A stretch of DNA of 63,547 nucleotides, the filler included, from Octopus bimaculoides (taxonomy: Eukaryota): the NCBI RefSeq assembly GCF_001194135.2. It is 6 parts of 6 records of this genome, joined end to end, with 100 filler letters (N's around TTAATTAATTAA, not from the genome) between each part and the next. Parts side by side here need not be neighbours in the genome. Positions count along the whole stretch, not along the records: positions 49,846 to 59,886 come from NC_068997.1; positions 59,987 to 62,347 come from NW_026395718.1; 4 more parts are not named here. One strand, 5' to 3'. A program made the translations under genes and the position numbers. The notes beneath the pieces were generated by a model that did no database searches, was not told the DNA's origin, and saw nothing but the letters and a program-made list of their open reading frames with translations. Shown here in pieces: positions 50,417-62,403 of the stretch (positions within the stretch are counted from its first letter, which is position 1; each line of letters starts with the position of its first letter).

Positions 50417-51200
50417 CAATATATTTACGTAGAGACAAAGAACGGATAGACATCAATAGATTCCAATACATGTAGTGATGCGCACAAAGCTTATTATGTA
50501 TGCATGAATGCATTATATATTCATAAAGATGTCCACGTTGGCTTTTTAAGTTTGCTTGCATCTAAATGCAGAAGATCTATAAGATATCCGTAATTTTATT
50601 TGCTAATTTTGCTTAAGCTTAGCCAATTACACAATTTTTTTGTTTTTGATTCACTTTGTTATTTTAGCATTTTCTACAGGTATATCCTATGGTATTCTCA
50701 CTATTTAATTGCTCTGAGTGTGAGGCAAGGCGAAGGCAAGTCGTGTATAATGCAGACAAAATGTTCAAAGCATACCGATCCATAGCCGAAGTCTTCATTT
50801 CGATTCCCGTTTCAATATCTTTCGCTGCATTTACCAAGCTAACGACCCTGGAGTAGGAATAATACTAACAGCATTTAGCATTTTTTTTTTTCTTTTGTAT
50901 TTCTATTCCACTCATATCATGCATTCATGACAGATACTTTTGATCACAAGAAACAAGCATTTAACTGTATGCGTGGAAATTGCTTGGTTAAATCAAATAT
51001 TGTAAATTACATTTCAGTGTGTCGAACCTAACAAAGGACATGGTTTCAGTTTCGTTTTCTGTTTAAGACAAATACGAATTTATTGTTTGATTTCAATTCC
51101 TAACGTAGGCAAGTTTATGTTTTATCCTTTCGAGCTCGTTGAAATAAAGGACTACACAAGTACATTTAATTTTCCTTCGATTCTCTTAGATATGAATGGA

Positions 51201-51659
51201 ATAATAATAATAATCTTTTCTACTATAAGTACAAGGCCTGATATTTGGGGAAGAGATAAGTCGATTACATCGACCGCAGTATTCAATTGGTACTTGATTT
51301 ATCGACCCCGAAAGGATGAAACGAAAAGTCGACATCGGCGTAATTTGAATTCAGAACGTAACGGGAGACGAAATACAGCAAAGCATTTCGCTTGGCGTGC
51401 TAACGATTCTGCCAGCTCGCCGCCTTGGAATAATAATAATGATCGTTTCTATTATAGACACATGGCCTGAAATTGGCGGGGAGGGAGACAGTCGATTATA
51501 TCGACCCCAGTACTCAACTGCTACTTAATTTATCGACCCTGAAAGGATGAAAAGGAAAGGCGACCTCGGCGGAATTTGAACTCAGAACATAATGGCAGAC
51601 GAACTACCGCTAGGTATTTCGCCTGGTGTGCTAACTATTCTGCCAGCTCGCCGCCTTGG
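51201..51659 (-). mobile_element. Head-to-tail dimer of SINE family D
   Basis: Two units of about 230 bp (51201-51428, 51429-51659). On the + strand each begins with (AAT)n and ends GCCAGCTCGCCGCCTTGG; tRNA-like B box GAGTTCAAATT on the minus strand. Confidence 0.88.
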
Positions 51660-52479
51660 AATAATAGTCATAATGCAAGACATTTTCAAACGGCGCTGGA
51701 GAAGCTACGTAGATACTAACTACATATCGGAACATTTCCGGTTCCAATGCACCTTTCGACTTCTTTGTCATCAAACTATATTTCTAACAACGGAATTGGA
51801 TGCAAGACAAAAACAGCGGTGTAGATGTAAAATTTCTTAACAATGCAAAAACAAAACATTTATACGTAAATCGAAAATGATGAAAGTTCGATTTGTAGCT
51901 CTAACTTACTTTTCTTCAGTTATAATACATTTAGTTGGGAAAATAATGTGCAGCTTATTTTCTCTTGCTTCTTCCAATGAGGAAAGAGAGTACATGTTAT
52001 GATTATACTAGTCTTCCACTAACCATGAGTATATACGTACGTGTGTGTGTGTATTTATGTAGCTTCGGTTTCTCCATCTGAGAAGGCCTAAAGAGCCAGA
52101 ACACGGTCTGAGAGTCCTCTGGGGAGAGATACTCTCATAAATGGAGTTTTTACACCTTTTCCCAAAAGCAGGAATTTATTTTTTCCACATTAACTGCATG
52201 AATTTGCCTTCAGAGGCTGAAATATGTCACAAATGTGTTTTGAGTCTCCAAAAGTTCGTTTATTCTTCATCACTATTTAGTCTTGATACCAATGTGTTTA
52301 TTCTGACCAGGCGGTCCGCGAGCGTAACTCAGTCATTAATATTGAATCTGCTCGAGTTATTTCTCTTTGGTATCTTCTAAATAGCCAGGAACGTGTCTGT
52401 GAGTATGCTGAGGGTAGACATCGAACACATATGGTGTTTTAAATGTTTTACCATAAGCGAGAATATTTTCTCCACGGTC

Positions 52480-52780
52480 GCCGGCATTCCGTCGGTCACG
52501 ACGATGGCGGATGATCCAATCAACGAAACAGCCTATTCGGGAAATTAACGTGCAAGTGACTGAGCACTCCACAGACACGCGTTCCCTTCATGTAGTTCTC
52601 AGGGTCATTCAGTATAACACAGAATATGACAAGGATGACACTTTGCCAGCCGGGTGGACTGGACAAAAGTTAATTAAAGTGTCTTGCTGAAGGACACAAC
52701 GCACCGACAGGGACCGATCTCACAACCTTACGATTATACGCCAAATATCACTGACCACGATGTCACTTGCCTCCACGGCA
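52480..52780 (-). mobile_element. SINE family F
   Basis: Homologous to 22395-22680. Confidence 0.65.
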
Positions 52781-52829
52781 ACTGCAGTGAATCTACCTTT
52801 AGGAGATAAAACCACCTGAAAAAGAAATT

Positions 52830-53350
52830 CATAATGCAGTCATTCTTTGGAAACCGAAACTCATTCGAACGAAGTTATTTTTTGCAGAGAGGTACCCGGG
52901 TTGTTTATCCGGGTGGTTTATCCGGTGGTTTATCTGGAATTTGTAGGAAATTTTCGTCCAGGATCCGTTCGAATATTATGAAATCTTTCTCTTCTCTTGG
53001 GTGTCTTCACATGATGTTAAAGCGAGTAGAGTCAGTCTACATGAAATTGATCTATCTTAGCGTTGTGATGTGATGCGAGCATGGTTTTGGTAGAGGATGG
53101 TTAGAACGGGGACCGAGACTTGGGTGCATTTTAGAGTTGATGCCAGCATCATTTTGACAGTGCTTTTGGAATATTTCCCACATGATGCGAATGATATAGC
53201 GCTCGTAACGGAAAAAAATTTTGAATTTCTCCAGGCGATTCCAATAATCAAGACACATACTATCGTATATTTTTCTTGTGATAAATCCCTGGGTCGCCAG
53301 CTTTAACGAACGTTGTCAGTGAACAGGTCGCGGTCTCAAAGCGACGAATA
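52830..53350 (-). mobile_element. CR1/L2-group LINE 3' end remnant
   Basis: LDYWNRLEKFK..ERYIIRIMWEIFQKHCQND..RFNIM*RH..DFIIFERILDENFLQIPDKPP resembles the YWxRLxxLxL..RERY..IWKI..LFN.LP..FK..LDxFL..IPDxP C-terminus of these LINEs. Confidence 0.65.
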
Positions 53351-53501
53351 TATTTTGACAAATTAAATTTAAATGTTGAAGTGAATCTAACGGATTTTGT
53401 GTGTTATTTTAAATGGCTTATAAACACCTTCCACGCTGCAATTGTTTTCGTTCCAGAACACGATCTCAGATCAGGTCACTTGCTATGCAAGTGCATCTCC
53501 G

Positions 53502-53535
<34 letters not shown>

Positions 53536-55906
53536 NNNNNNNNNNNNNNNNNNNNNNNNNNNNNNNNNNNNNNNNNNNNNNNNNNNNNNNNNNNNNNNNN
53601 NNNNNNNNNNNNNNNNNNNNNNNNNNNNNNNNNNNNNNNNNNNNNNNNNNNNNNNNNNNNNNNNNNNNNNNNNNNNNNNNNNNNNNNNNNNNNNNNNNNN
53701 NNNNNNNNNNNNNNNNNNNNNNNNNNNNNNNNNNNNNNNNNNNNNNNNNNNNNNNNNNNNNNNNNNNNNNNNNNNNNNNNNNNNNNNNNNNNNNNNNNNN
53801 NNNNNNNNNNNNNNNNNNNNNNNNNNNNNNNNNNNNNNNNNNNNNNNNNNNNNNNNNNNNNNNNNNNNNNNNNNNNNNNNNNNNNNNNNNNNNNNNNNNN
53901 NNNNNNNNNNNNNNNNNNNNNNNNNNNNNNNNNNNNNNNNNNNNATATATATATATATATATATATATATATACGTTATATATGTTTGTATGTAGGTATA
54001 TCTATGAATATGTATGTATAAATTATCTGCACATCACTTGTAAAAATACGGATCAATGCACAAGAAAATTAACTAAATGTAAATATATTTATTTCAGTAA
54101 ATAAGCTTTCCCTTATTTTATGATGTAGCATGTAGTTCCAGTTATTTTGAAATACTATCTTATATATATACATATATATATTTGTGTGAGTGTCGTGGTA
54201 GGGAGCGACATGTGTCTCTGTGTATGTGTATTGACCATAGAAGAAAATGTGTGTAAACGAAAATACTAAAATGCCTCCACCAGTATTCTATCAGATATAT
54301 ATTCCTGCAACATGAAGCGTTAACGCACAGCAGATTTGAGTAGTAGATTCATTATTTAAATAATATTAATAATAATAATTATTATTATTATTATCATTAT
54401 TAGTATTATTATCTTTACTACAGCAACCACTACTACTAATATAATTATTATTATTATTGTTATCACTATTATTGGACACGGAAAAATAGAAATGCAAAAT
54501 TATTTGGTTTAATGCTCCATTATCTTTAATGTGCGTACAATTATCGCTAAACAGTTCTTTCATTTATTAGATAAATATCTTCCCCAGAAAACCATGGCTA
54601 TAAAACTTTTAATAGGAGTATTGTTAAATTAAGCTTTAGTTGTACACATATTAAAAGGCTAAGACGACTACCTACATTGAATTCTTCTCGTTTGTTCAAT
54701 TGTTTTAACCCCATACAATGCCCATTAAATAATTTGTCGTTCAAAGACGATCGTTTCTTGTGCAAAAGTATTTTTAGCTAATGATTCCCTTTTCAACGAT
54801 TAAGTCCGCTTCACTGAAAATTATTTTAAGTTAAGATTTAATCAGCATAAATTTACTTTTATAAATCCTAAAAGATCTAACAAGAATTTTCACAATATAT
54901 TTGTTTCCTAAATAAAAAAATTTTCAAAAATATGAACCTATAAAATCGTTTCTAAGATATTTGAATGCGACAAATCATCACAGGTGAATGATAATTGTGA
55001 TCTCATATTTCTGAAAAAATATATATCTTTTTCCATGCAAATTATGGCTTAAATACTCCTTGTTCAAACAAATAACATTTGCCGCCATAAATCGAGATTT
55101 CTGTTGTGGTTTTTTTCAAAATGCCTGAAAGGTTGAACACGGGACAACCTTGTTCTGAAGCAGTTAACACTTGAAACAACTCAAAACGTTTTGCATTCTC
55201 AGTGTGTCACTCATATTAAACACGTTGCGCATAAATATAAAATCTGTTATTTTCTTACTATTATTAACACAGAAACGTGAGTTAGGAAACTTGGAGGCAC
55301 GGTGTGGATAGCTTTGGTTAAATAAAAATTCTCTCATATTACCTTACTTCATTATATTGAGATCAACGGGAAAATACGTGTTCACATATATGTGTGCGTG
55401 CATGTGTGTATGTCTTTGTGTGTGTGTGTGTGTGTGTGTGTGAAGTAAAAGCAGACCTAGTGTAATAAATATCATTAAATGCTTCTCTTTGACTTCCAAA
55501 TATTGTTAAGATATCGGCGACATGAGACTTTATATACTCCCTGTAATCCCTAATTTCGGACACTCTAGTGTCAGAATCCTCCTGATTTAGACATGTTCTT
55601 TGATGAATGATACGAACTAACTTTTGTGAATTTTGTGATATTTTCTTGATCAAAGTGACAGATAACTCTCGGTTTCATATTTCCATGGGGGATTTATGTC
55701 GGAGCGAAGGTGGTTGTTCTCCTGAATAGTTTTTTTTTTTCTGTGAAACCTACAGAAAGCCCACTACCTTTATATTTCCGAATTGTATAGAGATGACGGT
55801 TCAGCAATTTTACATGGTACGAAAGGCTGCTATACTAATAAAGGAAGCACGCAATAAGAATAAAGAGTTTAGCTAAACACAACTGTGCGTATGTATCTCG
55901 CGCTCT

Positions 55907-55954
<48 letters not shown>

Positions 55955-56019
55955 GTAGGTGGTTCCCAGCATGCAGTCAAATGAAATGACTGAAACAAGT
56001 AAGTCATAAAAGATGTATA

Positions 56020-56125
56020 TACATATACATACGTACATACATACATACATACATACATACACACATACATACATACATACGTACGTACGTACATACATAC
56101 ATACATACATACATACATACATACA
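56020..56125. repeat. (TACA)n microsatellite
   Basis: Directly visible. Confidence 0.95.
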
Positions 56126-56699
56126 TAAGTGTGAATAGGCAAGGGAAACACGCGTATGTATAAGTATATCTAGATAGATAGATAGATAGATAGATAGTGG
56201 TAAGAAGTTTCACTGTGGGCTTCAAATGCAATCGAATTAAAAATGTATTAAATACCCTGACACAGAGTGGAAATATAGAATTTATTCGAATCTAAAGCAG
56301 TTTTCGTTGCAACTCTGAGTCTTAGGTTCGAGTTCGTCTTGGAATAGAAATTACTCTACTATCGAGAACGAAAAACTCCTTCTAATGATCCAGGCTGTCG
56401 CAGCTTTAAATATATATTATATGTATGCGTGCGTGTATGTAATATATGAATTATATATAATTATGTATTCGTAGGTATTGCTATTACTTTAGAGAGTGGT
56501 TAATAACTCGTTCTCACGAATTATCTACTCAAATGTCTTGCAAACAACTAACGTTTTGTCTTTCTCACTTTACATTCGGAATTACGTAGGCCAACTGATC
56601 GCCCGAGTTTTCTTTTCTCTCTGTTTTTTCTTTTTTATTTTGTTTTTTATTCATTCGCTCTTTATTTCTTTATTCAACTTATGTTGTTTCCATACCGCC

Positions 56700-57045
56700 A
56701 CCAATACCATTCGCCACCATCACCATCACCATCACCACCACCACAACCAATATCATCACCACCACCATCACCACCACCACCACCATCACATCCAGTATCC
56801 CTCTCTCACTATCACCAACACGATCTCCATCACTATCACCAATACCATTACCTGCACCACAAACATCATCACCACAACCAGCACCAGTACCATCGTCACC
56901 ACATTATCATCACCACAGCCATCACCACCACCACCACCACTACTGCTACAACTACTACTACTACTACTACCACTACTACTATTACTACCACTACTACTAC
57001 TACTACTACTACTGCTGCTGCAGCTACTACTACTACTACTACTCT
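56700..57045. repeat. (CAC/CAT)n-(CTA)n compound microsatellite
   Basis: Directly visible. It explains the His/Thr/Leu-run ORFs 56496-57107 and 56681-57067. Confidence 0.95.
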
Positions 57046-58029
57046 ATATAGAATTCCTGACACCTAACACTTTCAGACGAACTGGGAGTACACTGAATGT
57101 CAGTTAGCTACTTATTGAAGTTAACAGGTTGGTAGGTAGGTAGGTAGGTAGGTAGGTAAGAAGGTAGGTAAGAGGATAGATGGACAGGTATGCAAATATA
57201 TATAAGTAGTTAGAGGAGGTGTGTTATATGGTAGGTACATGAGTAGATACCTACGTCAAGTTATGTGGAGAGTTAAGTAGGTTTTTGATATATTACCCTA
57301 CAGACTACTGTCTTTAACTATTCTAAATTATCCATTAGAGGAACAGAAAACGCGAGTAAGTTAAAAGAAAGCTATGTAAATAATAAGGAGGAAAAAAAAC
57401 AACACTCTCAGAAGAAAAAAAATTCCATTATCTTCTCCGGTGACGAAAAATAGCTAAACGGAACTCAACGAATATGAACGAAAATTGAACGGAAATGATC
57501 GGAAGTAAACGAAAAGCTTTTTAGCGTTTACTTGTTTTTTGATGGGGAGGGGAAAAGACGTCCATCTGGCTGTAAAATATCTGGCTCTGACGAACCAAAG
57601 AGAAAACGGATATGTAGGCATCGAGCATACTAGAAATAGCAGTCAAATAACCTTTAAGAAATGTTTTAATAAATGTCCAGGCAAGATAACTGTAGGCTCA
57701 GATACACTTCGCCTATATGCGATGGTTATGGACAGAACGCCTTTGATCAGTAATGAGTAAACTGCGGCTCGTGGGACCAACTGAAAGGCACGCATAATGA
57801 AAAATTACCTTGGATTTCACTTTAGAAGGTAAATCATGTCTCATGAGACTCGATTTTCGAATACATATGCCCACGTCTCTTTTCTATAAGTATTTTCGTG
57901 GACATTGTTCAGCTGAGCTCACTTCTGAGGTTCTTCTTTAAGCGAACAACTAGACTTGCATCCAGTTCTCATCAGTGTACTGTGCAACCTTCTAAGTGTC
58001 ATAAACATACATATATGTAAATGTATATG

Positions 58030-58140
58030 TTTGTGTGTTTACCCTCATCATCGCTTGACAACCGATGTTGTGCGTTTACGTCCCCTTAATCTAGCGGTTC
58101 GACAAAAATGACCGATAGAATCAGTACAAGGGAGAAAAAA
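58030..58140 (+). mobile_element. SINE family A internal fragment, CpGs retained
   Basis: TCGCTTGACAACCGATGTTG..TTTACGTCCCC..AGCGGTTCG.CAAAA..GACCGATAGAAT. Confidence 0.75.
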
Positions 58141-58329
58141 AGACAATCACAATCCAAATTGCCTAGATATCGCCTACAGAAAAGCATATGATGAAGGGCT
58201 AATAGAGTACAAGAGCTGAGTAGGTGTCTACCGCCTCTTCACGACATTTCAGGGACGGATTTCTCCCGGCTTTTAACATAATCAGTAAAAATATGTAGGA
58301 AATTAAACATACATTCCGATGGCAAAAGC

Positions 58330-58375
<46 letters not shown>

Positions 58376-58928
58376 GGGCTCTTAGTATTGATGTTCCTAT
58401 CCAAAATATTGTATTCAAATTTGCTACGAGGCCACCAATTTCGATTACATGAACCTCAGTGCGCAGCTGGTAATTACTTTATCNNNNNNNNNNNNNNNNN
58501 NNNNNNNNNNNNNNNNNNNNNNNNNNNNNNNNNNNNNNNNNNNNNNNNNNNNNNNNNNNNNNNNNNNNNNNNNNNNNNNNNNNNNNNNNNNNNNNNNNNN
58601 NNNNNNNNNNNNNNNNNNNNNNNNNNNNNNNNNNNNNNNNNNNNNNNNNNNNNNNNNNNNNNNNNNNNNNNNNNNNNNNNNNNNNNNNNNNNNNNNNNNN
58701 NNNNNNNNNNNNNNNNNNNNNNNNNNNNNNNNNNNNNNNNNNNNNNNNNNNNNNNNNNNNNNNNNNNNNNNNNNNNNNNNNNNNNNNNNNNNNNNNNNNN
58801 NNNNNNNNNNNNNNNNNNNNNNNNNNNNNNNNNNNNNNNNNNNNNNNNNNNNNNNNNNNNNNNNNNNNNNNNNNNNNNNNNNNNNNNNNNNNNNNNNNNN
58901 NNNNNNNNNNNNNNNNNNNNNNNNNNNN

Positions 58929-58965
<37 letters not shown>

Positions 58966-59779
58966 ATTTCAATGTCTGCTGGGCTAAACTCTTGTCTCTT
59001 CTAAATTCAGGTATACTCTAAACGATTGCATTCCTCTATATGGAAGGTGTAAATTTTAAAGAAAGCATAAACTATCTAGATAACTTACTTGGATTCAGAA
59101 AGGACGTCTAAATTCAAATGGGGCCAAAAAGTAAGACAAATATACCAAAACCATCCAAACAAGTAATATATTATTTAAATCGCAAAGTACAAAATTACGT
59201 GTGACAATTTAATTAGAGATTTAAGTAGAAAAACCTATAAAAATATTTATCAGTACGTGAAACAGGTTACAACACGCAGAAAATTGAGGTGGAGAATACT
59301 GAAAACTACGCGTATGCCAGATTAATAATAATTAGCAAGCTTACCACATGAGCCCTGATTTTCAGCGATAAAATCGTTTAAATTGAAAGTACTATTTCTC
59401 TAATTTTTCTAGCTATTTTTCATTTAGATTGCAATGATATATATATATATAAGATTGTACTTTATAACAGGGAGAGTTTGTGCATTAACACTTTTAATGC
59501 GAACTGTCTGAGACAGCTACTAGATCTTGTGATCGTGTGTGTGCGTTCTTGTTGAAGCATGGCGTCGAAGGGTTTTTAGACGTTCATATCGTTCCCAGTA
59601 TTTACTTTTAAATGTGGTATTTAACTATCCATAAATGTTTGTTGCACTGCTATATTATGGGATGTCCACATCCCATAATGCAAATCGCATTAACCTAAAC
59701 GCACGCACACACACTCAAACACATTGAAGCGCACATGTTCGAATGTATAAATATAAAAACACAAACGCATATACATGCG

Positions 59780-59886
<107 letters not shown>

Positions 59887-59930
59887 NNNNNNNNNNNNNN
59901 NNNNNNNNNNNNNNNNNNNNNNNNNNNNNN

Positions 59931-59942
59931 TTAATTAATTAA
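59931..59942. other. Artificial scaffold spacer TTAATTAATTAA
   Basis: 44 N + 12 nt + 44 N. Confidence 0.95.
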
Positions 59943-60794
59943 NNNNNNNNNNNNNNNNNNNNNNNNNNNNNNNNNNNNNNNNNNNNCAGATAAATAATTT
60001 AGTGTTAAATAAGTTATCTGTTAAAAATAATCTTTAAAAAAAACCAATTGAATAATATAAAAAACAAGAATACATATTATTTTCAAATAGTAGAAAATCT
60101 TTAGCAAATTAAAAACAGTACTTATCCATATTTTTCCGTAATTCAAAGAGCATGTGAACATCCGACGTGCTTTGAGTCGGGATTGGAATTGAGCTGATAC
60201 AAATGTGTTGCAAAACAAGAGTAATAGATATGCATAACAGAGGTGCATGTGCATGAGTGCAATAGGGCTTGCAAGGCTGAGGCTAATGCTAGTGCATTGA
60301 TTACAAATACAGTGTACAGTATTGAATATGCCAGTGATTAATGCAGTAAGGCTGAGACTGCCAGCCGGTGCATGATGTATTATAAACCTCGATCATGCAG
60401 GGACAAAAGTGTGGCATGCTGGCGCGTTGTAAGGGACAGACAACTTTCTCTATGTATGCGTGACCGACATAGAGTCTTACAGAGATGAGTTGTGTCTACA
60501 AGGGCGCATTGAGCATAGAAAACAAACGAGAAAGGCATGTGTGGTGCATGAATGTGACAGAGATAGCATTCGTGTGTTTATGAACCATGTGTGCAGATGT
60601 GTGTGCAAGGCCAGGCATGGAGGAAAGGTGCATGCATGTGCAAGGCCAGGCACGGAGGAAAGGTGCATGTGTGTGTGTATGCAACAATACATTTTCAAAG
60701 CAAACAAAATAAGGTACATGCAAAATATGAATAATAATATAGGACATTCAAAAAAAAATATACACATGAATTTAGCCATTTTAGTGAAATGAGT

Positions 60795-60984
60795 CATCGC
60801 AGAATGTGTGCTTCGTGGAATTTGTGCATCACGGAATGTGTGCTTCGCGGAATATGTGCATCGCGGTATATGTGCTTCGGGGAATGTGTGCATCGTGGAA
60901 TGTGTGCATCGCAGAATGTGTGTTTCGTGGAATGTGTGCATCACGGTATATGAGCATCCCGGAATGTGCATCGCAGAATATGTA
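60795..60984. repeat. 16-bp minisatellite (CATCGCGGAATGTGTG consensus), 12 diverged units
   Basis: Eleven 16-nt units plus one 14-nt unit, counted directly. Confidence 0.9.
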
Positions 60985-61535
60985 ACTCGTCAACAAATGA
61001 AAGTGTACAGTGCAAACAGAACAATACAATAAGCAAAAATAACAAACTTAGCTGAAAATAGCGTCCTTCTAAAAGAGAAAAGAAAATGTGCATGCAAAGA
61101 AAAAGAGTTGTTGAAAGTCTTATGTACGTGCAAAAGTTCATCGACAATGCAGGGTTTGTACGTCGAGATGAGACTCAAAGCGTGTGTGTACCGAAAAGTT
61201 TGCACGTGCGGGCTTCCGTATTTTCTGGGCATGTAGCTGTCAAAATGTTGCGCTTATAGGCTTTCATGGTCGACGAATACCTTGTGCGTCGGCAGTGTTG
61301 CATTGTTATGAAGTGCATCGTAGATTGCATCGCAGTATAGTGCTTTCTGTAGCAGGTCGATGGAGGGTGCATCTTGGTGGTGACGAAGGTTGTCATTAAT
61401 CTTCTGTAGTTCTGAAGACTGTAGTTCTTTAGTTCAAATCAGCAAAAATGCAGAAGGTAGTAATTCTTTTGCTCGGGGTCGACAGTTGTGACTGTTGGTA
61501 ATGCAGTTTCAGAAGGCAGCAATTCTTTTTTTATA

Positions 61536-61544
61536 GGGTCACCA
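61536..61544 (-). promoter_or_regulatory. Primer-binding site TGGTGACCC of an LTR element
   Basis: On the minus strand it follows the LTR end (..CCGTTACA) after a 2-nt spacer and starts with TGG, complementary to the tRNA CCA end. Confidence 0.7.
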
Positions 61545-61546
61545 AT

Positions 61547-62308
61547 TGTAACGGTTATAAAATGAACAAAGAACAGTGATCGAAGTTATAAAGAAATATT
61601 TATTTACCATTACTTTAATAAATACCATACCACGACGGGTAGGTTAGTGTAATAGTATAACACAATTCGTAAAGCATGCAAGGTAAAGAAAATTAATTTC
61701 GGCCTGTATATGTGTGTACACGATCTTGTAGTAGTAAACAGACAAAGATAGGGTAAGGTTACAGAGAAAAGGATGCGAGCTAGTGATAGTTATAGAGTCG
61801 AGGGAAGTGGTGTCTCATAGTTGGCTGGTTGTAACCTTTCTCCCTCTGGCCAAGGTTCTAGCTGGTCAGCCAGACTTCGTTCTCACTGAGTCGTCACCAT
61901 GTGACTGGACTAGTTGAGTCATCACCGACTGGTGACTAAACTAGTTGAGTTGTCACTGACTGGTGACTAGACTCGTTGAGTCGTCACCGACTGGTGACTA
62001 AACTAAATTTTTCTTGGGGTCTCTTGTTTTTATAGCTATCTAAAAGGATAGATATATTATTGAGAACAGTAGATTTAGCTGGTGGTCTTGTTATCTCTAT
62101 TCTAGATTTTGGTGATGTAGAAGAGGTTAGAAAGGGTAAAGTGGTGAAGACATTGTTTTGGCCTAGCTAAAGGCATCTGGAAAATATTAAACTGCTGTCA
62201 GAGAAAAACTATTGTTCCACCGTGGGAAAAGTTCTGTTGCAGTGTTGATTTAAATTTGGCTATGGTGGATTGAATCCACTTCATGCATGCAAGATCCACT
62301 CCACTACA
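61547..62308 (-). mobile_element. 5' LTR (762 bp) of an LTR retrotransposon
   Basis: Minus strand begins TGTAGTGG and ends CCGTTACA (TG..CA), with TATAAAA near 62030, AATAAA near 61600 and the adjacent PBS. The internal region continues toward about 60170 without a recognisable ORF. No second LTR is seen before the spacer. Confidence 0.7.
61887..62005. repeat. 31-bp tandem repeat with internal palindrome, about 4 units, inside the LTR
   Basis: Units start at 61913, 61944 and 61975, plus a partial unit at 61887. Each contains GTCACC-GACT-GGTGAC or a close variant. Confidence 0.9.
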
Positions 62309-62391
62309 TATATATATATACATGTATATGTATATATATATATATATNNNNNNNNNNNNNNNNNNNNNNNNNNNNNNNNNNNNNNNNNNNN

Positions 62392-62403
62392 TTAATTAAT
62401 TAA
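62392..62403. other. Artificial scaffold spacer TTAATTAATTAA
   Basis: 44 N + 12 nt + 44 N. Confidence 0.95.

Noticed and set aside
49853-50432. Poly-Asp/Met/Ile ORFs
   Set aside because: Translations of a (CAT)n compound microsatellite.
52040-52480. Possible transposase or LINE fragment on the minus strand
   Set aside because: It looks like decayed coding DNA, but I could not match diagnostic motifs consistently in any frame.
56496-57107. 203-aa His/Thr/Leu-rich ORF
   Set aside because: Built from (CAC/CAT)n and (CTA)n runs with no domain content.
57940-57980. Third hammerhead (minus strand CUGAUGA + 8-bp GCAA hairpin)
   Set aside because: The GAAA half of the core is absent. At most a decayed relic.
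58240-58290. Hammerhead-like remnant on the minus strand
   Set aside because: The core reads CUGAUUA and stem II does not pair.
60425-60500. Stem-loop CTCTATGT..ACATAGAG as a second LTR boundary
   Set aside because: It does not match the 61547-62308 LTR sequence and has only an 8-bp perfect stem.
61312-61334. miR-33-like sequence GTGCATCGTAGATTGCATCGCA
   Set aside because: The seed has a mismatch and there is an extra base, I see no clean pre-miRNA hairpin, and it lies inside the LTR internal region.
61887-62005. CRISPR-like palindromic direct repeats
   Set aside because: The units are contiguous with no unique spacers, there are no cas genes, and the context is a eukaryotic LTR.
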